Source of the DNA: a virus
Taxonomy: Duplodnaviria; Heunggongvirae; Uroviricota; Caudoviricetes
IMG/VR virus record: IMGVR_UViG_2563366979_000001
Span: 1-18,357 of that record
DNA length: 18,357 nucleotides
Strand: one strand, 5' to 3'
Below, piece by piece: positions 9,379 through 17,064 of the stretch (position 1 is the first letter of the stretch; every line of letters begins with the position of its first letter). The notes beneath the pieces are model-generated. The model did not search any database. It saw nothing but the letters and a program-made list of their open reading frames with translations, and was not told the DNA's origin. A program made the translations under genes and the position numbers.

Positions 9379-9515
9379 TGTTTGAGTTTTATATGGCAGA
9401 ACTTCTTCGCCACCGCTGGAGGCGTCTGCGATTATATCGTTTCCCCGGTTCTGTTTTGACCGATTACCGAATACTGAAGAATTACGCCAAAACCCTGACA
9501 GGAGCAGGAGTATGA
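9378..9515 (+). CDS. ylcG: YlcG small protein (45 aa), not in ORF track
   Basis: Manually translated: [48 protein letters not shown] overlaps the rusA stop (TGATG); same position as ylcG in K-12 DLP12. Confidence 0.65.
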   Translation: MFEFYMAELLRHRWRRLRLYRFPGSVLTDYRILKNYAKTLTGAGV

Positions 9516-9600
9516 AGTCAGAGATAACAATCAACTAATACTGTTTTGTTGATTTTTGCTTGTAATTGGCGTTCTGGTCTGATTTTTGTGGAGTAAGTTG

Positions 9601-9978
9601 ATGCGTGATATTCAGATGGTTCTTGAGCGTTGGGGAGCGTGGGCGGCTAATAATCATGAAGATGTGACCTGGTCGTCCATTGCCGCCGGTTTTAAGGGAT
9701 TAATTCCTTCAAAAGTAAAATCTCGCCCACAATGTTGTGACGATGACGCGATGATCATTTGCGGGTGCATGGCCCGTCTGAAAAAGAACAACAGCGATTT
9801 GCATGATTTATTGGTGGACTATTATGTCGGCGGCATGACTTTTATGGCGCTTGCACGTAAGCATGGGCGATCTGATTGTTGGGTTGGCAGGATGCTCCAG
9901 AAAGCTGAGGGCGTAGTGGAGGGTATGCTGATGGTGTTGGATCTCCGATTGGAGATGGATGCTGATTGTTCGAAATAA
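9601..9978 (+). CDS. quuD: Late-gene antiterminator Q (QuuD-like)
   Basis: ATG at 9601 with GGAG 7 nt upstream (ORF-track start at 9586 is a TTG); product [24 protein letters not shown]...[16 protein letters not shown] resembles DLP12 QuuD; position between ylcG and the lysis genes. Confidence 0.85.
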   Translation: MRDIQMVLERWGAWAANNHEDVTWSSIAAGFKGLIPSKVKSRPQCCDDDAMIICGCMARLKKNNSDLHDLLVDYYVGGMTFMALARKHGRSDCWVGRMLQKAEGVVEGMLMVLDLRLEMDADCSK

Positions 9979-10076
9979 TTAAAGGAAAAGTTGCTGTCTG
10001 ATTGTCATTAGTCTAACATTTTAAATGTTGGAATCGCAACGTAGTTATTATCATATAACAGCTTGTTTCCTGATTT

Positions 10077-10105
10077 AGCCAGCCTCCCCAAAGGCTGGTT
10101 TTTTT
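10077..10105 (+). terminator. Intrinsic terminator downstream of Q (candidate tR')
   Basis: Stem CCAGCC (10079-10084) / GGCTGG (10093-10098), 8-nt loop, followed by seven T (10099-10105); oriented for plus-strand transcripts only. Confidence 0.6.
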
Positions 10106-10133
10106 CTAATAAGTATTATTTCGGGTAGGGATT

Positions 10134-10658
10134 TTATTGTTTAACCCATAATAATTCATTGACATTGAATCCCAACTTTTGAGCGGTTCGCGCATAGTCT
10201 GCTTTTACTTTATCTGGAATAGTTGGGGTCCTTGCCAGAATCCATAGGTATTCTCTGTTCGGACCACTGACAAGAGCATACTTATACTCATCATCCAGTT
10301 TGATTACATTATAGCCACCATAGAAGGGGCCAAAAAACGAAACCTTCAACGCTGCAGTTTTAGTATCTCCAGTAAAGTATGCTTTACCTTCGCTCTCGCT
10401 CCATTTATTTTTCGTTGGATCGTATCCACGGTTAAGTACACGAATCCCTCCGTCGTTCCGTTTTCCATAAGTAGCGCTGACCTGTTCCAGACCACGTTCG
10501 AACCGGTTCTCGAGGCGAGCTATTTCATACCATTTTCCGAGGTAGCGGTTGGCGTCAAAATTTGTAATCGGCTGCACACCTTTAGGTGGTGTCGGGGCCT
10601 TACATGCTATAAGAGTGAAAGAGAGTGCAATGCCAGTCAACACAGGCCATAACTTCAT
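10134..10658 (-). CDS. Bacterial lipocalin (Blc-like outer-membrane lipoprotein), divergent paralog
   Basis: 174-aa ORF; lipobox LIAC in signal peptide; lipocalin signature GKWYEIAR plus conserved SEGKAYFTG...LKVSFFGPFYGGYNVI...YLWILARTP blocks that match E. coli Blc as recalled. Confidence 0.85.
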   Translation of the reverse strand: MKLWPVLTGIALSFTLIACKAPTPPKGVQPITNFDANRYLGKWYEIARLENRFERGLEQVSATYGKRNDGGIRVLNRGYDPTKNKWSESEGKAYFTGDTKTAALKVSFFGPFYGGYNVIKLDDEYKYALVSGPNREYLWILARTPTIPDKVKADYARTAQKLGFNVNELLWVKQ

Positions 10659-10690
10659 AATAAATCCTGTACTTTTGATAGTTGAGAGTA

Positions 10691-10740
10691 AGTATGAAAG
10701 ATAGATGATTACGACCGATCACTTAAAGAACTTTCATACT
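10691..10740. promoter_or_regulatory. Perfect 10-bp inverted repeat AGTATGAAAG / CTTTCATACT separated by 30 bp, in the divergent promoter region between the lipocalin and YbgA-like genes
   Basis: Read directly: 10691-10700 and 10731-10740 are exact reverse complements. Confidence 0.4.
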
Positions 10741-10850
10741 ATATTAGGAATAGTCCATAACAGAAAAATTGTCAGTGATGACGCCAGAAAGGCAATTTAT
10801 TCCGTGCACTACACAGTTTATGTGTTAATGAATTAGTCAAGGGGGAGAAT

Positions 10851-11810
10851 ATGATAAAAAAACCTGTGATTGGAATCAGCGGTTGTTTGGCCGGTTCTGC
10901 TGTTCGTTTTGATGGTGGTCACAAAAGAGCTGACTTTTTAATGGACAAATTAGTGGAATGGGTAACATTCAGACCAGTATGTCCGGAAATGGCTATAGGG
11001 CTGCCAGTTCCGCGTCCTGCTCTACGTCTTGTGCGCTCGACGCAAGGAAATATACGGATGTGTTTCAGCTACGACCAGAATGAGGATGTGACAGAGAGAA
11101 TGACAGAGTTTAGTCGTTCTTATATGGACAAATTAAAGGATGTATCGGGGTTTGTGGTTTGTGCTAAATCTCCCAGCTGTGGCATGGAGCGCGTGCGTGT
11201 CTATGATGAAAATGGTAATCGAGGTCGTAAAGATGGAGTGGGACTATTTACGAGCACTTTGATGGAAAAGTTTTCCTGGCTACCGGTTGAAGAGGATGGG
11301 CGATTACATGATCCAGTGCTTCGTGAGAATTTTGTTGAAAGAGTTTTTGCTTTGCATGAGCTCAATCACCTTTACAAGGAGAAATTATCAAGAAGAGAGT
11401 TATTAGCTTTTCATAGTCGTTATAAGCTTCAGTTGTTGGCGCATAGTCAGGCAGGCTATAAAGATATGGGACCATTTGTGGCTGCAATACACGAGTGGGC
11501 GGACCTTGAATCATACTTTGAGGTGTATCGTGATAAGCTGATGGCGATTCTCAGAAAACCTGCATCACGTAAAAATCACACGAATGTGCTGATGCATATA
11601 CAGGGGTATTTTAGTAACTACTTAAGTACACGCCAGCGTAAAGAGTTGAGAGAGGTTATACTTAACTATCGTTCTGGCACATTGCCTCTTCTTGCGCCGT
11701 TGACTCTGCTGAAGCATTATCTGGGTGAGTATCCTAATGATTACTTGCTTACACAGAATTACTTCGATCCCTATCCGGACGAACTGGCTCTAAGACTGAT
11801 GGTAAATTAA
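10851..11810 (+). CDS. DUF523-DUF1722 protein, YbgA/RudS-family putative [4Fe-4S] thiouridine desulfidase
   Basis: 319-aa ORF with strong SD GGGGGAG; N-terminal block GISGCLAGSAVRFDGGHK...RPVCPEMAIGLPVPRPALRL...VVCAKSPSCGMERVRV with Cys12/Cys44/Cys104 spaced like the cluster ligands of TudS-type desulfidases; C-terminal half resembles the DUF1722 part of E. coli YbgA. Confidence 0.8.
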   Translation: MIKKPVIGISGCLAGSAVRFDGGHKRADFLMDKLVEWVTFRPVCPEMAIGLPVPRPALRLVRSTQGNIRMCFSYDQNEDVTERMTEFSRSYMDKLKDVSGFVVCAKSPSCGMERVRVYDENGNRGRKDGVGLFTSTLMEKFSWLPVEEDGRLHDPVLRENFVERVFALHELNHLYKEKLSRRELLAFHSRYKLQLLAHSQAGYKDMGPFVAAIHEWADLESYFEVYRDKLMAILRKPASRKNHTNVLMHIQGYFSNYLSTRQRKELREVILNYRSGTLPLLAPLTLLKHYLGEYPNDYLLTQNYFDPYPDELALRLMVN

Positions 11811-12161
11811 TTGTATGCGATATCATCCAAAAGGATGAGTTCCTGCATGCAGGATATTTACAATCGTAAAAACTACACTATGATACCCAGAGTGTCAGTT
11901 TGTATAAAAACTCTGTTTACGCTGAAGAAACCATTGAGATGCAACTTAAAGTTGGTAAACATGTCAGTCAAAATATATAATATTATGATTCCACGCAGCT
12001 ATATATAATATAACAGATTGGTTTAATAATTTGTCTTTGTGAGTTAAATACATAATTTTATACTTGTGATGCAATGAGATTTTCCTTATTGTTGAACTGG
12101 CGAATATTGATTTTCCACCTATACTTACCTGGTGTAACCCCAATGATATCAGGTGGATAAT

Positions 12162-12893
12162 ATGCCATACATATGTTCTATCATTTTGGTGTTGAACTCG
12201 TTTGATGTCCGAATTGGTAAAGAAGATATTTTGTTTAAAAAAGGAAGTGCTGTTCTCATTGATTACAATTTAAAAGATTTTTTTTCACCAAATATAGATC
12301 ATGTAATGATCGTAGATGTTGAAGAGAAAACAGTTAATGATTTCTTTAAAAGCAACACACTCTCACCTTTTTCTGTAAGAAGGTTTTATCCGGCATACTT
12401 GATGGTGGAATGTGAAGATTTTTCATTGTTAAAGAACTTGATTGCATGCTTGAATTGTGATGGCAGAACTGTGGATGTTGTTAGAAATCAAATATCACTT
12501 GCATGTCTTGCTATCTTATCTTCAGAGAAAATAGTGCAAAGTTTTTTATTTGGATGTCTTAATAGTTTAGGAAGTAAAGTTAAGGCTATTATTCACACGG
12601 ATATATCTGCAGCATGGAGACTTTGTGATATATCTTCAAGGCTGTATCTGAGTGAAAGTCTGTTAAAAAGAAAATTAAAGCACGAAGGCTTATCATTTAG
12701 TAAATTAATTCTTGAAGAGCGAATGGTGATGGCGGAAAGGTTATTAAGCTACAATTTATATTCTGTTGGAAAAGTTGCTGAGATATGCGGTTATGAAAAC
12801 ACGTCATATTTTGTAAGTGTTTTCAGAAGATATTTTGGTGTTCCTCCCCATCAATATTCATCAAGATTTTTTTTAGAAAAAGAAATGATGTAA
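12162..12893 (+). CDS. AraC/XylS-family transcriptional regulator, AppY-like paralog
   Basis: C-terminal AraC-type HTH (LKRKLKHEGLSFSKLILEERMVMAERLL...VAEICGYENTSYFVSVFRRYFGVPP); N-terminus alignable with AppY (YICS.., FKK); ATG 12162 preceded by AGGTGG (ORF-track start 12153 is a GTG inside the SD). Confidence 0.8.
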   Translation: MPYICSIILVLNSFDVRIGKEDILFKKGSAVLIDYNLKDFFSPNIDHVMIVDVEEKTVNDFFKSNTLSPFSVRRFYPAYLMVECEDFSLLKNLIACLNCDGRTVDVVRNQISLACLAILSSEKIVQSFLFGCLNSLGSKVKAIIHTDISAAWRLCDISSRLYLSESLLKRKLKHEGLSFSKLILEERMVMAERLLSYNLYSVGKVAEICGYENTSYFVSVFRRYFGVPPHQYSSRFFLEKEMM

Positions 12894-12954
12894 CGTGATG
12901 CGTTTTAATGATTTTGTGATTTTCGTATTTGATAATTGTATGATGCTTTCAGCT

Positions 12955-12986
12955 ACGCCAGAATAATCGCTGGCGTTTTTCTTTTT
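12955..12986 (+). terminator. Intrinsic terminator between the AraC gene and the holin
   Basis: Stem ACGCCAG (12955-12961) / CTGGCGT (12970-12976), 8-nt loop, followed by TTTTTCTTTTT (to 12986). Confidence 0.65.
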
Positions 12987-13082
12987 GAATAGATGTTCAA
13001 GCCTTACGCTAATGTAACTTCTATACCTTTCCCTCTTCGTTCCGAACCGTGTACACCATCCGTTATTTGCGGAGGTGAGACT

Positions 13083-13298
13083 ATGAAATCCATGGACAAG
13101 TTAACAACGGGCATTGCCTACGGCACCTCCGCAGGCAGTGCTGGCTACTGGTTTTTACAGTGGCTTGATCAGGTCAGTCCATCACAGTGGGCTGCTATTG
13201 GTGTGCTGGGAAGTCTGGTTCTGGGCTTCCTGACTTATCTGACAAATCTGTACTTCAAAATCAGAGAAGACAAGCGTAAGGCTGCGAGAGGTGAATAA
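13083..13298 (+). CDS. essD: Class II pinholin, phage 21 S-type (S21 71/68) with dual-start motif
   Basis: 71-aa product [71 protein letters not shown] is near-identical to phage 21 S / K-12 EssD as recalled; Met1-Lys-Ser-Met4 dual start; SD GGAGGTGA; the ORF-track upstream start at 12993 is rejected. Confidence 0.9.
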   Translation: MKSMDKLTTGIAYGTSAGSAGYWFLQWLDQVSPSQWAAIGVLGSLVLGFLTYLTNLYFKIREDKRKAARGE

Positions 13299-13504
13299 TG
13301 TCGCCATCATTACGCAAGGCTGTTGCAGCTGCTATTGGTGGTGGGGCTGTTGCCATAGCGTCTGTGCTTATCACTGGTCCGAGTGGTGACGATGGTCTGG
13401 AAGGTGTCAGCTACATACCATATAAAGATATCGTTGGCGTATGGACTGTATGTTACGGGCACACCGGAAAAGACATTATGCTCGGTAAAACGTATGCTGG
13501 TTGA
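13298..13504 (+). pseudogene. rrrD: SAR endolysin (R21/RrrD-type lysozyme) truncated after about codon 66 by a deletion
   Basis: 68-aa [69 protein letters not shown] then AG-stop; matches the SAR domain and E35/D44/T50 region of RrrD/R21 but lacks the remaining roughly 100 residues; start overlaps the essD stop (TAATG). Confidence 0.8.
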
Positions 13505-15665
13505 AGGTTTTCCGCCTTCACATGCCGGGACCATTACCGTCTATGAAGGCTCCAGACCAGGTACGCTGAATGATTTTCTCGGTGCCATGACGGAAGATGA
13601 TGTCATGCCGGAGGCATTGCGTCGTTTTGAGGAAATGGTGGAAGAAGCGGCACGCAACGCTGAAGCCGCCTCTCAGAGCGCAGCGGCGGCAAAGAAATCC
13701 GAAACTGCAGCGGCATCATCGAAGAATGCGGCGAAAACCTCAGAAACGAATGCAGCTAACAGCGCACAGGCGGCAGCGGCCTCGCAGACTGCATCGGCAA
13801 ATTCCGCGACAGCAGCTAAAAAATCAGAAACCAACGCGAAAAATAGCGAGACAGCAGCAAAGACGAGCGAAACCAACGCAAAGTCCAGCCAGACGGCAGC
13901 GAAAACCAGCGAAACGAATGCCAAAGCCAGTGAAACTGCGGCGAAAAACAGCCAGGTTGCAGCAGCTGAAAGCGAGAGCGCAGCAGCCGGTTCTGCGACT
14001 TCAGCAGCTGGATCAGCAACTGCTGCGGCTAACAGCCAGAAAGCTGCGAAGACGAGTGAAACTAACGCAAAGTCCAGCCAGACGGCAGCGAAGACCAGCG
14101 AAACGAATGCCAAAGCCAGCGAAACTGCGGCAAAAAACAGTCAGGATGCAGCGGCCCAAAGCGAGAGTGCCGCAGCTGGTTCTGCAAGTGCGGCAGCTAA
14201 TAGCCAAAAAGCTGCAAAAACCAGTGAAACTAACGCAAAGACGAGTGAAACAAAAGCAGCAGCCAGCGAGACAGAAGCAACGTCAGCCGCAACAAGAGCA
14301 GAGAATGCAGCCCGGATTGCAGAAGATGTCGCTGATCCTGCTTCAGTCCCTCCGCTTCCTGATATCTGGCTACCCTTGAATGATTCTCTGGAAGCGATAA
14401 CAGGGTATGCGCCGGGGTATAAAACAATAACCATCGGTAGTGATGAAATCACTGTGCCAGTTAATGGAATATGTCAGTTTAGCCGGGCTTCATCAGCAAC
14501 GTATATTGATAAGTCCGGGCATATTACCGTGGCAGGTAATAACGTTCCTCGTTTTGAAAAATATGGTTTACTGATAGAGAATCAGCGAACAAACATGTTC
14601 GTAAATAGTTTTAATCCTGATGCCTGGAATAAAAGCGGTGGTATATCTGTAACATCATCAACAGATGAATTTGAGTTTAAATATGGACGTTTCACAGTAG
14701 GAAGCGACATAGCAGGAACGACAACAGGGAGAAATATATGCACAGTTGCTGGTAATAAAGGCATAGATGTGACTGGCGATGATCAGTACAGTAAAGGTCC
14801 GTATGTTACCGCGTCGTTCAGGGTAAGAAGTGATCTCAATGTTCGCGCACGTATCCGTTTTGAACGGTATAACTCGGAAGGATACACTTTTCTTTGTGAC
14901 GCCTATTTGTCATTACAGACCCGTGAACTACAAATTACTGGTGGCAATGCCCAGCTATTAACAGCAAACTTTGAAATCGACCCTGGAAGTGGATGGATAT
15001 ATTTTCAGGCAACACTGAAATGTCTGCCAGAATGGGGAATGGTTGGTACGCAGCTGCAAATTGCAGCCGACAGAGCTGTGGGGTCTTTTGCAACAGGTGA
15101 CTGGATAGAAGTAACCACCCCGCAATTCGAGTATGGTGCCTGTGCAACTTCCTTCATCATAACTACAACAGAGCCAGCGACTCGTGCATCAGATTTATGT
15201 AAATTTCCGCTGATGAAAAATATGTATACCATGCCTTTTACGTTCATGGTGGAAGTCCATAAAAACTGGTTTATTTCTCATAATGCTGCACCGCGCGTAA
15301 TTGATACAGAAAACCATCAGTCAGGTGCTCCATTTATCATGGGATTTGGCTCTTCTGGAACTATCAGTCAGGACGGTTATCCCTATTGTGATATAGGCGG
15401 GGCTAACCGGCGTGTATATGAGTCATGCGGAGTAAGAGATCTCGTTATGGGATTCAGGGTTAAGGCTGACGGCATGACATGCTCATTTGCAAATAAGCAT
15501 ATAAGCACAGAAACAAAAACAGTATGGAAATATATTCGTGAAGCTGCTGTGATTCGTATCGGGGGGCAAACGACGACAGGATTGCGACACCTTAATGGTC
15601 ATATAAAAAATCTCCGTTTCTGGAACAGAGCATTGTCAGATACGCAGCTTAAGGAATACGTATAA
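13494..15665 (+). CDS. Side tail fibre protein (lambda Stf-like), N-terminally truncated, with a LamG/concanavalin-like C-terminal domain; possibly a non-expressed remnant
   Basis: From about 13497 the frame reads [34 protein letters not shown]..., matching lambda Stf from about residue 38; Ala/Ser/Thr-rich SETNAK repeats; C-terminus ends [17 protein letters not shown] (LamG-like motif); upstream part of the 760-aa ORF is the rrrD region in another frame; first in-frame ATG at 13494 has no SD. Confidence 0.7.
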   Translation: MLVEGFPPSHAGTITVYEGSRPGTLNDFLGAMTEDDVMPEALRRFEEMVEEAARNAEAASQSAAAAKKSETAAASSKNAAKTSETNAANSAQAAAASQTASANSATAAKKSETNAKNSETAAKTSETNAKSSQTAAKTSETNAKASETAAKNSQVAAAESESAAAGSATSAAGSATAAANSQKAAKTSETNAKSSQTAAKTSETNAKASETAAKNSQDAAAQSESAAAGSASAAANSQKAAKTSETNAKTSETKAAASETEATSAATRAENAARIAEDVADPASVPPLPDIWLPLNDSLEAITGYAPGYKTITIGSDEITVPVNGICQFSRASSATYIDKSGHITVAGNNVPRFEKYGLLIENQRTNMFVNSFNPDAWNKSGGISVTSSTDEFEFKYGRFTVGSDIAGTTTGRNICTVAGNKGIDVTGDDQYSKGPYVTASFRVRSDLNVRARIRFERYNSEGYTFLCDAYLSLQTRELQITGGNAQLLTANFEIDPGSGWIYFQATLKCLPEWGMVGTQLQIAADRAVGSFATGDWIEVTTPQFEYGACATSFIITTTEPATRASDLCKFPLMKNMYTMPFTFMVEVHKNWFISHNAAPRVIDTENHQSGAPFIMGFGSSGTISQDGYPYCDIGGANRRVYESCGVRDLVMGFRVKADGMTCSFANKHISTETKTVWKYIREAAVIRIGGQTTTGLRHLNGHIKNLRFWNRALSDTQLKEYV
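13867..14223 (+). repeat. Two imperfect tandem repeats of about 170-190 bp inside stf, encoding the Ala-rich shaft
   Basis: Unit ...[42 protein letters not shown]...AANSQKAAK occurs twice (nt about 13867-14055 and 14056-14223), one copy with a 21-nt indel. Confidence 0.6.
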
Positions 15666-15934
15666 TGCGGGATATAACATTACGATTCGATAACAGAGAA
15701 CAGTTTAACGCAATTGTATATGACAGTGGCCTGTTCAGTCTTGAAGAAGAAAATGGGGTTCTTGTTGATGTTATTGGCTGCATTATCGATTACGAGGAGC
15801 CAGAAAACGAAGGATGTACAGGCATTGAGCGCGGTGGTTTTTTCGTAAACATGAGGATTGTTGATGGCAGTAAAAACATATCTTCTTTAATGCCTTTCAT
15901 TACGACAGATCAGCATGTAAGGACATGGGCTTAA
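15665..15934 (+). CDS. Hypothetical protein (89 aa), translationally coupled to stf; possibly a tail-fibre accessory protein
   Basis: ATG overlaps the stf stop (TAATG); no recognisable motif. Confidence 0.45.
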   Translation: MRDITLRFDNREQFNAIVYDSGLFSLEEENGVLVDVIGCIIDYEEPENEGCTGIERGGFFVNMRIVDGSKNISSLMPFITTDQHVRTWA

Positions 15935-15946
15935 TGGAGTAAGACA

Positions 15947-16630
15947 ATGGTTACAAAAACAGTAATTCCGGGAGACATCACCACGCTAAAGGGAGATATT
16001 TCCTCAATTAACGGAAAAGTATCAACGCTTCAGACTGAGATGACCAGTGCAAAGCAGGATATCAGCTCCAGATACACAAAAACTGAAGTTGATAATAAGC
16101 TGAAAAACAAAGTGGAAGTGAACGATCTGGAAAGTGGTCGTTATGGCGGAGATTTTTACCCGCTGACTGGCCGTGAAGCGTTTTATTTATGGGGATTGGG
16201 CACAACTACAGCGGCGGCAAATCTTTATCTTAATCCTGACCCTGCAATTTCGTCTGTGCTGCGGTCAACATCGTCTATCCGCTATAAACATTCAGTAGAG
16301 ACGATAGATTCAGAGCACGCCGATCTCATTTTCAGGATGCGCCCTGTGTGGTACAGGTCGCAATGCGAAAATGACAGGCGTGACTGGGGATTCTATGGAT
16401 TGATTGCCGAGGAAGTAGGAGAAATTGCCCCTCAGTTTGTTCACTGGCGACCAGCCAACGAAGATGATGCACCGGAAACCATTTCCAGCAATGGCCTTGT
16501 TGCCGAAGGTGTAATGTACGAACGTCTGGTTGTTCCACTGATTCACCATATCCAGAAACTGACTGAAAGAGTTGATGAACTTGAGTCAGAATTGAAGTTG
16601 TTATCAACTTCCCAAAGCGATATCGGATAA
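15947..16630 (+). CDS. Small tail-fibre/tailspike-like protein with C-terminal peptidase-S74 intramolecular chaperone domain
   Basis: 227-aa ORF, GGAG 7 nt upstream; C-terminal SSIRYKHSVETIDSEHADLIFRMRPVWYR...GFYGLIAEEVGEIAPQFV...GVMYERLVVPLIHHIQKLTERVDELESELKLL fits the S74 chaperone-domain pattern (S-x-R-x-K ... GLIAQEV ... Y..L.PLLIEA.KEL); N-terminal about 110 aa looks coiled-coil-like. Confidence 0.7.
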   Translation: MVTKTVIPGDITTLKGDISSINGKVSTLQTEMTSAKQDISSRYTKTEVDNKLKNKVEVNDLESGRYGGDFYPLTGREAFYLWGLGTTTAAANLYLNPDPAISSVLRSTSSIRYKHSVETIDSEHADLIFRMRPVWYRSQCENDRRDWGFYGLIAEEVGEIAPQFVHWRPANEDDAPETISSNGLVAEGVMYERLVVPLIHHIQKLTERVDELESELKLLSTSQSDIG

Positions 16631-16640
16631 AGGAGGAGTA

Positions 16641-16934
16641 ATGGATATAACACCTTTTCTTCATGCGCTTTGTGCTGTGGCTGCGCAGGTACTGATTGGC
16701 CTTTTTACCGGAAACTGGGCTTACGGGGCGATAGCCGGTTGTACGTTCTTCATTGCGCGTGAACACACCCAGGCAGAATATCGCTGGATTGAAATGTTCG
16801 GGCATGGCAAGCGAATGAATATGCCGTGGTGGGGCGGTTTTGATCCGCGCGCATGGGATGTGGCAAGCCTGATGGATTTTGCTGTGCCGGTGGTGGCGTG
16901 TCTGCTGGTCTGGCTGTTGGTTAATCGTGGGTGA
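16641..16934 (+). CDS. Small integral membrane protein (97 aa, about 3 predicted TM segments), function unknown
   Basis: Strong SD AGGAGG 6 nt before ATG; hydrophobic stretches at residues about 6-22, 26-39 and 77-94. Confidence 0.55.
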   Translation: MDITPFLHALCAVAAQVLIGLFTGNWAYGAIAGCTFFIAREHTQAEYRWIEMFGHGKRMNMPWWGGFDPRAWDVASLMDFAVPVVACLLVWLLVNRG

Positions 16935-16944
16935 AAAAAGGTGA

Positions 16945-17064
16945 GCTGTATATGCAACGGAGGAAGAAAACTCGTTGCTGGAAGCCTGGAAGAAGTATCG
17001 GGTGTTGCTGAACCGTGTGGACACTTCCGTAGCACCAGATATCGAGTGGCTTATTCAACCATAA
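16945..17064 (+). pseudogene. tfaX: 3' fragment of a tail-fibre assembly (Tfa) gene
   Basis: Open frame [40 protein letters not shown] matches the conserved C-terminus of lambdoid Tfa proteins ([30 protein letters not shown] as recalled for TfaE); no start codon or N-terminal region present. Confidence 0.55.

Noticed and set aside
7997-9534. Minus-strand ORFs 7997-8353, 8365-8922 and 9037-9534 plus the plus-strand ORF 8145-8336
   Set aside because: They overlap the conserved, well-supported ylcH-ninB-ninE-ybcO-rusA-ylcG genes in other frames or antisense; no independent support.
11811-12008. 65-aa ORF in the intergenic region between the YbgA-like gene and the AraC gene
   Set aside because: TTG start with no SD, located in AT-rich promoter-like DNA; more likely regulatory sequence than a gene.
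12993-13082. Upstream extension of the holin ORF (ORF-track start at 12993)
   Set aside because: The extension runs across the terminator hairpin at 12955-12986; the SD GGAGGTGA and the match to S21 place the start at 13083.
13597-14452. Long alternative-frame ORFs through the stf repeat region (13597-14379 plus strand, Arg/Gln/Lys-rich; 13673-14113 and 14141-14452 minus strand, Ala/Phe-rich)
   Set aside because: Frame artefacts of the GCN-rich Ala/Ser/Thr repeat coding sequence; compositions are implausible for real proteins, and the Stf frame is supported by similarity to lambda Stf.
16332-17024. 230-aa minus-strand ORF
   Set aside because: Antisense to the S74-domain gene, the membrane-protein gene (which has a strong SD) and the tfa fragment; His/Arg/Ser-rich low-complexity translation.
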